This document shows positions 35,481 to 44,940 of a DNA stretch of 48,534 nucleotides, piece by piece (the first letter of the stretch is position 1; the number at the start of each line of letters is the position of its first letter). Source of the DNA: a candidate division WOR-3 bacterium (GTDB taxonomy: Bacteria > Hydrothermota > Hydrothermia > JBDRYB01); assembly GCA_039803205.1 (NCBI GenBank), contig JBDRYB010000013.1, forward strand, positions 1-48,534. The letters run 5' to 3'. The notes under the pieces are model-generated. The model was not told where the DNA came from, did no database searches, and worked only from the letters and a program-made list of their open reading frames with translations. A program made the translations under genes and the position numbers.

Positions 35481-36757
35481 GCTGGCTGATGATGCTTTTT
35501 GCTCAGACAACCGCGCTTTCTGGTTCCGCTACCCTTGTTGGTCAGGAAGAGCTTTTGGATCAGGTCGTCGCGATCGTTGGAACCGAGCCGATAACCTTGG
35601 GGCAGTTGGAGGCTCTCTTTATCATTTACGCTGAGCAATTGCCTCCCGGAATCAACAAGGACGCGGCGCGCAGACGCATACTTGAGGAGATGGTGAACCA
35701 GAAGCTCCTATACTACGAGGCGAAGGCTGACACAGCGATAAAGGTCACCCAAGAGGAGATAGACCAGGCCATAGACCAGCAGTTGAGGGCCATAAAGAAG
35801 GAGATGGGGGAGGAAGAGTTCGCGCGGCAGTTGGCCATGGAGGGTTTGACAGAGGAGAGGCTCAGGGTTTTTGTCCGCGGGAATATTGAGGTATCCCTCT
35901 ACATCCAGAAGCTCGTTGATCTGCGCATAAAGCCCAATATTATCATAACCCAGGACGAGGCAAGGAGGTTCTATGACGAGAACAAGGATAGCATTGCTGT
36001 TGAACCCGCTTCATACAGGCTCTCTCACATCCTGATAAGGATAGAACCATCCGGGCCCGCGGAACAAGAAGCATACAACAAGGCAAAGGGCATTTCCAAA
36101 CAATTAGTCGGTGGCGCTGATTTCGCTGAAATGGCATCCCGGTATTCGGATGACCGAGAAACCGCCCCTGCCGGCGGAATGCTCGGTTGGGTTCCAAGGT
36201 TATACCTTTCCCCTGATGTATTGAGGGAGCTGGACGCGCTGAGGCCAGGCGAAATATCAAAACCCTTAAGGGGTGAGACCGGCTATCACATATTCCAGCT
36301 TTTGGACAAAAGAGGGGATGCTCTCATGCTCAGGCACATCCTTGTGAATGTGGTGCCTGAGAAGGCGGATTCCTCCGCGGCCATGATGAAGGTGAAGAAG
36401 GTTATGAACTTGGCAAAGGGCGGAAAAAACTTCGCTGATCTCGCCAGGGCATACTCGGCTGACCCAGATGCCAAGGAGATGGGTGGTGACCTTGGCTGGA
36501 TACCTGAGGACATGATGACCCAGGAAATGATAGCCGCTCTCAGGGACGCCAAACCAGGAGACATAGTTGGCCCTATTCCAAGCCCTCTGGGCTACAGCAT
36601 AGTCAAGGTTTCTGACAAGAAGGATAAGGTGGTTCATTCGTATGAGGAGATAGCGGATCGGGTTAAAAATTACCTTTATCAGAAGAGGGTCCAAGAGGAG
36701 CTGAACAAGCTCCTTGAGAGGATCAAACAGCGGGTCTATGTTGAGATAAGGCTGTGA
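35477..36757 (+). CDS. surA: SurA-like peptidyl-prolyl isomerase chaperone
   Basis: DQVVAIVG N-domain; two parvulin domains (SHILI...FAEMASRYSDD...GGMLGW; RHILV...GGDLGW). Confidence 0.88.
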   Translation: MSWLMMLFAQTTALSGSATLVGQEELLDQVVAIVGTEPITLGQLEALFIIYAEQLPPGINKDAARRRILEEMVNQKLLYYEAKADTAIKVTQEEIDQAIDQQLRAIKKEMGEEEFARQLAMEGLTEERLRVFVRGNIEVSLYIQKLVDLRIKPNIIITQDEARRFYDENKDSIAVEPASYRLSHILIRIEPSGPAEQEAYNKAKGISKQLVGGADFAEMASRYSDDRETAPAGGMLGWVPRLYLSPDVLRELDALRPGEISKPLRGETGYHIFQLLDKRGDALMLRHILVNVVPEKADSSAAMMKVKKVMNLAKGGKNFADLARAYSADPDAKEMGGDLGWIPEDMMTQEMIAALRDAKPGDIVGPIPSPLGYSIVKVSDKKDKVVHSYEEIADRVKNYLYQKRVQEELNKLLERIKQRVYVEIRL

Positions 36758-36758
36758 T

Positions 36759-37283
36759 ATGAGACAGGGCCCCAAAAAGCCCACGATGGATCAGATGCTC
36801 ATGGGCATGGCCTTGGTAGCGGCCTTCAGATCAAACTGCAGACGGGCCTTTGTTGGGGCTGTGGCGACCATAGAAAACCGGGTGAAGTCCATAGGTTATG
36901 CTGGTTCCCCTCCTGGGGAGCCGGAGTGCCTTGATGTTGGATGCGATCTCGGGCCAGAGGGGGGTTGCGTCAGGACGATTCACGCTGAGGCTAACGCTAT
37001 AGCCTGGGCCGCGAAGGAGGGAAGCTCTTTGCGCGGTGCGACGATTTACACGACCATGTCTCCGTGCGTGACATGTGCCCGGCTCATCCTTCAGGCTGGG
37101 ATAAAGCGGGTCGTTTATCACTGCGAATACAGGGACACATCCGGGATTGATTTTCTTAGATCCCACGGCATTCAGGTCGATCACCTGAGAGACTTGGGAA
37201 TCTATCAGATGCTCGCTGACGCTCTGGCTGAGCGCATAGAGGAGTGGAGAAGGATAAATGTGGGCGATGATTCTGGCAAATAG
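36759..37283 (+). CDS. dCMP deaminase / ComEB-family zinc deaminase
   Basis: RSNCRRAFVGAV, HAEANA, SPCVTC. Confidence 0.9.
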   Translation: MRQGPKKPTMDQMLMGMALVAAFRSNCRRAFVGAVATIENRVKSIGYAGSPPGEPECLDVGCDLGPEGGCVRTIHAEANAIAWAAKEGSSLRGATIYTTMSPCVTCARLILQAGIKRVVYHCEYRDTSGIDFLRSHGIQVDHLRDLGIYQMLADALAERIEEWRRINVGDDSGK

Positions 37284-37314
37284 AGAGATTTATCTCGTTA
37301 TGTGCCCCCTGAGA

Positions 37315-39165
37315 TTACCTTATTATCGCCTTTTTGTATAGGGTTCTGGCGCTCGTCTTGAACCTCGCTAGATAGACCCCCGGCTCCTCCATTGTGAGGA
37401 CCTTCTCCCTTTCAACTGGGAATGATGCCGTGAGTCTGCCCGTGGCATCGTAGACCTCAGCGATTCCTTGGCCCTTGAAGGTGATGCTTCTACTTTTAAC
37501 CAGAATGCCGTAGTTTTCAGGCTCGTTTGCTCCTTCCCCAGCGCCCAAGGCTATCCCTGTTGTGTCCATGTAGCTCTCAACATCACCCTTTATGTATGCC
37601 GTGACGCCATACCAGTAAGCCCCTGGGGGCGGGGCCAAATCAGTGAAGCTCGTGCCAGTCGTAAAACCAATCGTGTCCCAGTCTCCTGCGCCTGTTCTCC
37701 TGTAAATGAAGTAACCCGCGAGGTCTGGCTCAGGATTCGGGTTCCAGCTCAGCTGAACATCCGCGCCCATCTGAGAAGCGCTTATCCCAGTTGGCTTCTG
37801 CGGGTGTATCCAGCCCGTTGCCCAGAGGTCGTGCAGTCTCATGGGGTAAGGTGCGAGGTAGCGCCGGAATTTTACTCCTGTGAGCGTCCACAGATTGGCA
37901 TACATGGGGTTGGGGTCACAGAGGAGAGAGAGCTCCGGATCCCCATCCCGGTCAACATCTGCTACATGGATAGCGGCCAGGAATGCCGGGCCTTGGATAT
38001 CAAAGGGAGAACCAGATACAGGAGTTCCGTTCCTGTTGAACGCGAAGAGCCCGGTGGAGTTGTTTGGCATGAGAACCTCAAGCTCCCGGTCATCATCAAA
38101 GTCAAAGAGAATCGGCGTTGATTCGGTTATGTTCGTTACCGAAACGGGCCAGCCCGGCATTTCAGCCCCAGCATTACTGAACATATGGAGCCAGTTTGCT
38201 GTCGCGTTGTGATTCATCGCGTCCAAAACCTCCACATCTCCTGTTCCATCCTCAAGCACATCTGAGGCCACTGGGGTCGTATAAGCCTGCGGGCCCCCGA
38301 GCGCCCTTGCCCATGCCCTTGCTCCGGTGTGGTGAAACACAGCGATGGAATCCATCCCCCCTGTGTAGAATGTCACGCCTATCTCTAGGTCGCTGTCCCC
38401 GTCGAGATCAAAGAGGGTTGGCTGGGCATAGCTCTGACCTCCCCAGGCGTTTGAGAGCACGAGCTCTTGGTTTCCATTGGAATCCCAGATATAGAGGGAG
38501 TAATATGATACCGCGACTATCTCGTATGTTCCGTCCTGGTCAAGATCGCCCACAGAAGGGGTAGCAACGCACATGTAGTCAAGGGTCTTAGGCCAGCCGC
38601 CATAAGCCGTGCCCGTGTGGTGCCAGACATCAACCCTCCCGGATGAGAATGCCCTCTGCCCCAGTATTATCTCAAGGTCTCCGTTTCCATCCAGGTCCCA
38701 CATCACCGGAGAAAAAGGGTTGTCTCCGACTGCTTTTGGCCAGCCGGGAAGGTTGGCCCCAAGGTGATCTACAACATAGATGTAGCCGCTTGAGTTCGTC
38801 GTTCCCACGAATGCTATCTCAATATCACCATCTCCATCAAGGTCTCCCACCGATGGCCTCTGCATAACTCTGTAGCTTCCTGTGGGGTAATACCAGAGTT
38901 GGGTCCCCTGGTAATCATAGGCATATAGACCGGAGCCGGTTCCCACCAGGACCTCTTTCATCCCATCCCCGTTTATATCAGCTAGCAGGTGGCCGCACAT
39001 CGCGTATCCGGTTGTTGGGAATGTTTTAGGCCACCCTGGCATAGACGGGAGAGAAGCTCGGCCGGAGAGCCTAGAATCGCTCTGACCAGAAACTCTAGCG
39101 GGGTCCACCGATGCCGCATCGCCAGTTATCTGAGCGGTTATCAAAAACCAAAGATCCACAAACAT
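37315..39165 (-). CDS. Secreted FG-GAP/VCBS repeat protein with FN3 and T9SS-like C-terminal domain
   Basis: Repeated DLDGDGD.EI and PGWP motifs; FN3 LSWNPNPEPDLAGYFIYR; VYDATGR...PGVYL. Start ATG 39165 with GGGAGG; TTGCAA-18-TATAAT upstream. Confidence 0.8.
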   Translation of the reverse strand: MFVDLWFLITAQITGDAASVDPARVSGQSDSRLSGRASLPSMPGWPKTFPTTGYAMCGHLLADINGDGMKEVLVGTGSGLYAYDYQGTQLWYYPTGSYRVMQRPSVGDLDGDGDIEIAFVGTTNSSGYIYVVDHLGANLPGWPKAVGDNPFSPVMWDLDGNGDLEIILGQRAFSSGRVDVWHHTGTAYGGWPKTLDYMCVATPSVGDLDQDGTYEIVAVSYYSLYIWDSNGNQELVLSNAWGGQSYAQPTLFDLDGDSDLEIGVTFYTGGMDSIAVFHHTGARAWARALGGPQAYTTPVASDVLEDGTGDVEVLDAMNHNATANWLHMFSNAGAEMPGWPVSVTNITESTPILFDFDDDRELEVLMPNNSTGLFAFNRNGTPVSGSPFDIQGPAFLAAIHVADVDRDGDPELSLLCDPNPMYANLWTLTGVKFRRYLAPYPMRLHDLWATGWIHPQKPTGISASQMGADVQLSWNPNPEPDLAGYFIYRRTGAGDWDTIGFTTGTSFTDLAPPPGAYWYGVTAYIKGDVESYMDTTGIALGAGEGANEPENYGILVKSRSITFKGQGIAEVYDATGRLTASFPVEREKVLTMEEPGVYLARFKTSARTLYKKAIIR

Positions 39166-39270
39166 ATATACCTCCCTTTGAATAAGATTATAAATTACTT
39201 CCTTTACCAATTGCAAGCTTTAGGGTGGCCTCTGCCCCTCAGGTAGATTGCCTGTTTCGGGTATTGTGCC

Positions 39271-40041
39271 TTAACCTTGCAGAAGGTTCTCGCTCAGCTC
39301 CTTCAGGAGCCTATCTTTTGCTATTCTAACATACTGAGGATCTATCTCTACCCCTATCCCTTTCCTGCCTGTCCTCGCGCACGCGACCAGGGTTGAACCC
39401 GAACCGAGAAACGGATCCAGAACGAGGTCCCCTTTGTAGGTGAAGAGCTTTATGCAACGGAGGGGCAATTCAACCGGGAACGGCGCTGGGTGGCCTATTT
39501 TCTTCGCGCTCTCGCCCGAAAAGCGCCATATACCAAGTGTCCAGTCCATGAACTCGGCCTTTGTTATGTCCGATTCACCAGGTCCAAGCCTTTTCCAGCT
39601 ATCTTTGTAGAAAACACCGATCATCTCAACCGGGGAAATGACATAGGGAGCTGAGGCACTGAGCCAACTGCCCCAAGCGGTCCTCCTTGATATGTTTCCC
39701 TCGTTCCAGACTATGCTGAAAGCGTATTTGAAGCCAACATCCTGGGCTATGCCAACCAGGTCTGCATACACGGGCCGAAGTCCCATCTTGTTGGTATCAA
39801 GAGGGATGTTCAGACACAGCCTGCCATCTGGCTTCAGTAGCCGGAGCGCCTTCTTCAACCATTTTTCAGAGAACTCGAGGTATTCCTCGTATTCCAGGGC
39901 ATCATCGTGGACTCCATAGGACTTCTCAAGGTTGTAAGGGGGAGAGGTGACGATGAGGTTGACGGAATCCGGACTTATTCGCGCCCTCAGAAAATCTCCC
40001 TCAATTATGAGCAAGAAATCGCCCAAATAGTGTCTGATCAA
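39271..40041 (-). CDS. Orphan beta-class DNA amino-methyltransferase (N4-C/N6-A)
   Basis: TSPPY before HPAPFP and DPFLGSGST. Confidence 0.92.
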   Translation of the reverse strand: MIRHYLGDFLLIIEGDFLRARISPDSVNLIVTSPPYNLEKSYGVHDDALEYEEYLEFSEKWLKKALRLLKPDGRLCLNIPLDTNKMGLRPVYADLVGIAQDVGFKYAFSIVWNEGNISRRTAWGSWLSASAPYVISPVEMIGVFYKDSWKRLGPGESDITKAEFMDWTLGIWRFSGESAKKIGHPAPFPVELPLRCIKLFTYKGDLVLDPFLGSGSTLVACARTGRKGIGVEIDPQYVRIAKDRLLKELSENLLQG

Positions 40042-40155
40042 GCTGGTTATCTTAAGTCCCGGATGAACCCGCCTGCAAGTAGAAGCCGACTACCCATTTC
40101 GGGTAAATAACAAGACCTTCGTGCCCTGCTTGTGCCTCCGGAAGCGTTGATGTCC

Positions 40156-41907
40156 TTACCGAACCGCTATCTTTCCTGTTCCAAGGCCCTGAGCCCTCAC
40201 GAGATAAACCCCTGAAGAGAGGCTTATTTCCCAGCTCTCGCTCACCGTTTCCGAGGCTATTTGCCGTCCTGAGGCGTCATATACCGATACCTGGCCGGAG
40301 TATCCCTCAGGCAGAACGAGCCTGAACCCGCCAGGCCTAGGGATCAGGGTAAAGCGCTCAGATCCTCCAGCAGATTCGTCCGCGGCCAGCTCCAGAGGGT
40401 ATGAGAGGACAAAGACCTGTCCGTTTCCGGAAAGACCCAATCTGGTTGACTTCGCCGCTCCCACGATGATGTTGGGCCTACCGTTGGCGTCCGGGTCCCC
40501 GACCAGACAAGCGGAATATATCCCCATAGTGTCGTAAGCCTGAGGGGCATAGATATAGACCAAGGGGGTATCTGTCAGGAGATCTATCACGGATGGCAAG
40601 GAATTTGACCAACGGAAGAGGTTCAGCTCACCACAGTTGGGCCTCCCGTTTCCAGGCCCATCTGCCATTACGCCGCCTACGATTATGTCAGGGGCGCCAT
40701 CTCCCGTAGCGTCGCCAATTGCCGAGACATCCATCCAATCCCCGGACTCCGCGCCATAGAAAACGCACCTGTAATCCCCGGCCGCCATGTCCAAGGAGGA
40801 GGGCCAAGAGGCTCTCCCGAGGATCAGGTAGATCTCGCCGGCCGATGGCCTCGCGTTCCCAAAGCTCGCTGACCTTGAAGCGTTCGCTAGGATGTCATCA
40901 AACCCGTCTCCGTTAACATCGCCAGAGCAGTGCCTTGAAAGCCAATCCCCTGTGTCAGCCCCGTATATCACAGGATGAGGCCAGGTAGCGAGGTCATATG
41001 AACCCGAGAGCGAGGGCGATCCGAGGACTATGTGGAGCTCGCCAGCGTCCTTCCTGGCGTTTCCAGGGCCATCGCCGAGATAAAGGCCTATGATCAGGTC
41101 CTCGTAAGAGTCGCCGTTTAGGTTTCCTTTTCCGAGGGTGTGCGCCCTGAATAGATACTGAGCGCTGGTATACTGGTGCATGTCGTAGCTGTCCGGGTTG
41201 TAGAAGGCCGCGTTCGCACCTCCAGGAAGTTGAATGGTGCCGGGCAGGGACGCTGATCCCCAGATCACATATGTGCACCCCGCGTCTATCCGCGACCCGT
41301 AGTTCGCGCCTGTGGCTGAGAGGACAATGTCATCATAGGCATCTCCGTTCAGGTTCGGCGTCGCGAGCATGGAACCCAGGAAGGCAGAGCCATCCGGATC
41401 CCCTCCGCCGAGCTCAGTGTTGTAGATGTAGACATTGGCGGATGAGAGGCTCATTGATGAGGGCCAGGAGGTCCTCCCGTAGAATATGTAGGCTTCTCCC
41501 GCGTTGGTATAGGCATTTCCGAGGCCATCGCCGTTGGAAACACCTATGAGGATGTCCTTCATGCCATCGCCGTTGAAGTCTCCGAGGGCTATCTCAAAGA
41601 TGTTGTCCAGCTCATCAATCCCGTTTATGGTCACATCGGCGTCCCCAGTCATGTAGTAGTTTCCGCCGAACCCGGACCCCCCGAACAGGATATAGACCCT
41701 TCCCCGGTCAATATTAGCGCGAGAAGCGTTGAATACGAGGTCAGCTATTCCGTCTCCGTTCACATCCCCAAGCGCTATGTCCGTGCCGCAGTTTTCGCTA
41801 GCCTCAGCGCCGTAGGCCGTCGCGAGGATGGCAGATGGATTGGACATATCTATCTCCAGAGCCAAAAGGCTCCCTACGCAAAGAAACATGCTTATCAATA
41901 CGCGCAT
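40156..41907 (-). CDS. Secreted integrin-alpha-like FG-GAP propeller protein with T9SS-like C-terminal domain
   Basis: About seven GD(V/F)NGDG..D / AGE.YI..G repeats; VYDASGRQI...SGVYLVR...GKIAVR. Confidence 0.82.
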   Translation of the reverse strand: MRVLISMFLCVGSLLALEIDMSNPSAILATAYGAEASENCGTDIALGDVNGDGIADLVFNASRANIDRGRVYILFGGSGFGGNYYMTGDADVTINGIDELDNIFEIALGDFNGDGMKDILIGVSNGDGLGNAYTNAGEAYIFYGRTSWPSSMSLSSANVYIYNTELGGGDPDGSAFLGSMLATPNLNGDAYDDIVLSATGANYGSRIDAGCTYVIWGSASLPGTIQLPGGANAAFYNPDSYDMHQYTSAQYLFRAHTLGKGNLNGDSYEDLIIGLYLGDGPGNARKDAGELHIVLGSPSLSGSYDLATWPHPVIYGADTGDWLSRHCSGDVNGDGFDDILANASRSASFGNARPSAGEIYLILGRASWPSSLDMAAGDYRCVFYGAESGDWMDVSAIGDATGDGAPDIIVGGVMADGPGNGRPNCGELNLFRWSNSLPSVIDLLTDTPLVYIYAPQAYDTMGIYSACLVGDPDANGRPNIIVGAAKSTRLGLSGNGQVFVLSYPLELAADESAGGSERFTLIPRPGGFRLVLPEGYSGQVSVYDASGRQIASETVSESWEISLSSGVYLVRAQGLGTGKIAVR

Positions 41908-41933
41908 AAAACACCTCCACGGATCAAGGCGAA

Positions 41934-41962
41934 ATTATGAACCACGGGCTAGGGTTTGTCAA
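41934..41962 (-). promoter_or_regulatory. Sigma70-type promoter for the FG-GAP gene
   Basis: Minus strand TTGACA-17-CATAAT; palindrome at 42002-42026 lies 39 nt upstream. Confidence 0.75.
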
Positions 41963-42345
41963 GCTCGGTGAAATCTGAGATCTCACACTTTCCTCCCCTC
42001 TGAAACCCTTATCCTGCAAGGCTCTCAAACCCTTGGGGCCGTAGTGGCCCAGGGAGGCCCTGATGGATGAAAATATAATCCCGGCCCCAAGGAGGAAGGG
42101 CCAGGAAAGGAGAAAAAATATGACCCTTTCTCCACAAGTATCAAGCAACCACAGGCCAGGCAAGAAGCTCATAACCAGAGGCCTCATGTGGCTCACGGTA
42201 TCAGTGAGCGTGGATGAGGAGCCGATTACGAGGGGATAAAGAGAAGCTCTGGCGAGCTATCATGTGGGGCACGGATAACCCTGATGAAATCTTCAAGAGG
42301 TGAGGAAATGGGTAAGGGTCAGTTGATCTATGGCCTGGAAATCAT

Positions 42346-42667
42346 CTGGCCCTCTCCCTGTCTCGCATAAACACAGGGCCTTTTGCCACACGAGGCCCTT
42401 CCTACGGCCCAAGTTTGGCCATTTTCGGCCGTCAAGCGAGTGCTAAGTCTTTGACTATCAAGGACTTAACCCATAAGTCCTTACCGGATAAGAACTACAG
42501 AATAGCTGTCTCTGAATCCCTCATAAAACAAGCGTTTCCGCGACTTGACACCCATAGTTGCAATAGGTTCACCCCCCCCTTATAATGCTCAGGCTGAGTA
42601 AGATGGAGGTTGAAAGATGCTCTGGCTTATGCTCATAGGAGCCTACGAGGTGGTCTTGCCGGAGGGC
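42346..42667 (+). repeat. Promoter + gene-start cassette, copy 1
   Basis: Starts CTGGCCCTCTCCC; 42479-42625 matches 47217-47363 with one mismatch; contains two palindromes, TTGCAA-17-TATAAT, SD and MLWLMLIG codons. Confidence 0.92.
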
Positions 42668-44395
42668 GGGGAGGAGGTGGTTGATCTCGTAATTGAGAAC
42701 CAAACGGACACCCTGCTCAAGGAGCCTTGGATATTCGTGTTCTCAAAGCCTGATTGGCTCTCGGTTAGTCCGGACAGCGTGATAACCCATAACCTTGCCA
42801 AGGGGGAGAAGGTTGAGCTTCGGCTGAAGCTCAAAAGCAAACCCTCTTGGTTCCCGGGCCTCCGCGAGGGCGAGTTAAGGCTCAGGGTTCTAGTCAGGAA
42901 CGGAGAGGTGGCCCCGGACTTCGCCGAGTTCAAGGTTAAGGAAGAACCCTATGAATTTGCTTCCCTGCTTCCCTGGTTGTTGGCGAGGGAATACACATTC
43001 ACGCATACCTTGACTGAGCACTACGATTATTATCCGATAATATTTTTGCATGGGATGAACGCAACAGGAGAGTCGTGGTTCCAACCGGCATGGGAACAGG
43101 GCTATGATGATTACACAGCTCTAGAAAAATTATTGGATAGTAATTATCGGGGTTATATACTAGGAAGTATCTGGGGCACTGACAAAGTATTAGATAGGGA
43201 TGAATCTCCGTATTCTACCATCGGCAATACCTACCCAAAAAGAGTAATATATGTCGTAGAGTATTATAAGGAGAATTACAAACCTGGAGAAAGTGATCCA
43301 CAAGGAGTTATAGGCTCAAATAGGACATGGTGGCCTACTGATGAGCATACCTGCAATAGATACCAAGAGAACATGGGACAGGGAGAATACGTGAAAGAGG
43401 TGGCCAAACAAATAGATAATATTCTTGAGGTAACTTACTCAGATAAAGTTCATGCCGTTGCTCATTCTATGGGGGGCATAGTCCTGCGAGCTGCAATTAA
43501 ATGGTATGGGTGTGAGCCAAAGTTAAATAGGGTCTTAATGCTGGGTACCCCCAATGACGGTTGTCACTATTCCGCAGAGGAGGAACAGCTCATAAGTGGC
43601 ACTTGTTATTGGCCTGGTCCAACGTTCCCCGAATGGATGTTTTGTGGAGAGGCTGGGGAGATTGGAATCCATCAGTGGGTCAGCATATGGATCCCCCCAC
43701 TGTGCTTTGGTCAACGTAAGAACAATACTTGTTTTAATGTTACCTGTAGTAAAGGTGATTGCCTATCTTGGATGAACAAGCTTAATGAAGGAAATTGGTC
43801 AAGTGATGTTAAATATGCCACAATAGCAGGAGTACTTAATCCAAAGAGATTTCAGATTGGCCCTGATGATGGTGTTGTTTACACTGATTGGGTTAGCTGG
43901 CCATTCGCAATGTTTAATGCTACATGTCTCTCTGCTCATTCTTCTAATCCTCAAAATACAATCTGGTGGTTAGGAGGAGAGGAGGAAGCGATGGAAACCA
44001 ACGGAGAAATCTCATTAATTGCTAATGAATATGTTACAGAATACATTAAGACCTGGGTTATTGATGGCGATATGACAAAAGATCTAGAAAAGATTACTAT
44101 TACAAATATCTCCTATTCTATAGATGGCCATAGGCTCTTAATAGATTTTTATCTTGCCGACCCCTGCCAAAAAGTAATAGATGAGTTAGTAGCAATTCAA
44201 ATTATAATTCTTATGAGGAACCATATAGAAACTTTTGAAGAAGCGGTTGGGGCAAGTTATAGAGATGCTGAATGCATAGATAATAAGCTACATTATGAGT
44301 TTCAATTGAACAAAACCTACAGCTATCCTCCAACGCTTTGGATTGCTCTTTATGCTTTGAAGGGAATAGCCTACGGAATAGAGGTAGAGCCATGA
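42617..44395 (+). CDS. Secreted protein: Ig-like N-terminal module plus AT-rich alpha/beta-hydrolase (lipase/PGAP1-like) domain
   Basis: IIFLHGM, VAHSMGG nucleophile elbow, LGTPNDG, DDGVV, AHS; composition shifts to AT-rich after about 43000. Confidence 0.8.
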   Translation: MLWLMLIGAYEVVLPEGGEEVVDLVIENQTDTLLKEPWIFVFSKPDWLSVSPDSVITHNLAKGEKVELRLKLKSKPSWFPGLREGELRLRVLVRNGEVAPDFAEFKVKEEPYEFASLLPWLLAREYTFTHTLTEHYDYYPIIFLHGMNATGESWFQPAWEQGYDDYTALEKLLDSNYRGYILGSIWGTDKVLDRDESPYSTIGNTYPKRVIYVVEYYKENYKPGESDPQGVIGSNRTWWPTDEHTCNRYQENMGQGEYVKEVAKQIDNILEVTYSDKVHAVAHSMGGIVLRAAIKWYGCEPKLNRVLMLGTPNDGCHYSAEEEQLISGTCYWPGPTFPEWMFCGEAGEIGIHQWVSIWIPPLCFGQRKNNTCFNVTCSKGDCLSWMNKLNEGNWSSDVKYATIAGVLNPKRFQIGPDDGVVYTDWVSWPFAMFNATCLSAHSSNPQNTIWWLGGEEEAMETNGEISLIANEYVTEYIKTWVIDGDMTKDLEKITITNISYSIDGHRLLIDFYLADPCQKVIDELVAIQIIILMRNHIETFEEAVGASYRDAECIDNKLHYEFQLNKTYSYPPTLWIALYALKGIAYGIEVEP

Positions 44396-44940
44396 TTTTA
44401 TATTTTTTGCTAGTATTATTGAAATGTGGGGGAGGGGTAGAGATAGGAGTTTTTGAAACCAATGTCTACCTTTCTGTTCAGTCTTCTATACCCCACAATA
44501 GTAGTCCAAGCAGAGTAATGGGCGGAATACGGGTAGGTTTTGCAAGCTTCCCTACGGCTATGAATCTAGGATATGGGGGAGAAAACCGTGGTATTCAAGG
44601 TTTATACTGTTGTGGCACTTATAACTTTCCCACCTTTATTTGGAAACAGGGGGGTGGGTGTATGGGTAAGATAAAGCCCACTCTTGGTTTGGGGTATTTG
44701 AGGGGTGCAGAAGTAGAGAATGGCATGATCACAAAGAAATATACAAATTGGATTTTTGTTCAAGGAGGATTACTTTTCCCTATCATCACTACAGCCAAAG
44801 GAGCTCAACTAGCTGAGTGGTCTCTTCTGTGGAAAGGGTACAAATTATGTTCTGAAAATATGGGCGTGCCAGTAATTTCTGTTGGTTTTAGTTTCTATCC
44901 TTTCTGGTGGGGTTTTGTGCAGGAGCAGGAGGAACCATGA
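44392..44940 (+). CDS. Hypothetical AT-rich exported protein (beta-rich; possible partner or immunity protein)
   Basis: ATG 44392 overlaps the upstream stop (ATGA); hydrophobic N-terminus MILYFLLVLLKC. Confidence 0.55.
   Translation: MILYFLLVLLKCGGGVEIGVFETNVYLSVQSSIPHNSSPSRVMGGIRVGFASFPTAMNLGYGGENRGIQGLYCCGTYNFPTFIWKQGGGCMGKIKPTLGLGYLRGAEVENGMITKKYTNWIFVQGGLLFPIITTAKGAQLAEWSLLWKGYKLCSENMGVPVISVGFSFYPFWWGFVQEQEEP

Noticed and set aside
3749..41549. Numerous antisense or overlapping ORFs (e.g. 3749-4606, 17641-18252, 29666-30370, 37468-38121)
   Set aside because: Shadows of well-supported genes, with no recognisable motifs.
41924..42345. Short ORFs or gene remnant between the FG-GAP gene and the cassette
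   Set aside because: ORF 41924-42196 overlaps promoter and palindrome DNA; an SD+ATG at 42120 gives only about 39 aa with no recognisable motif.
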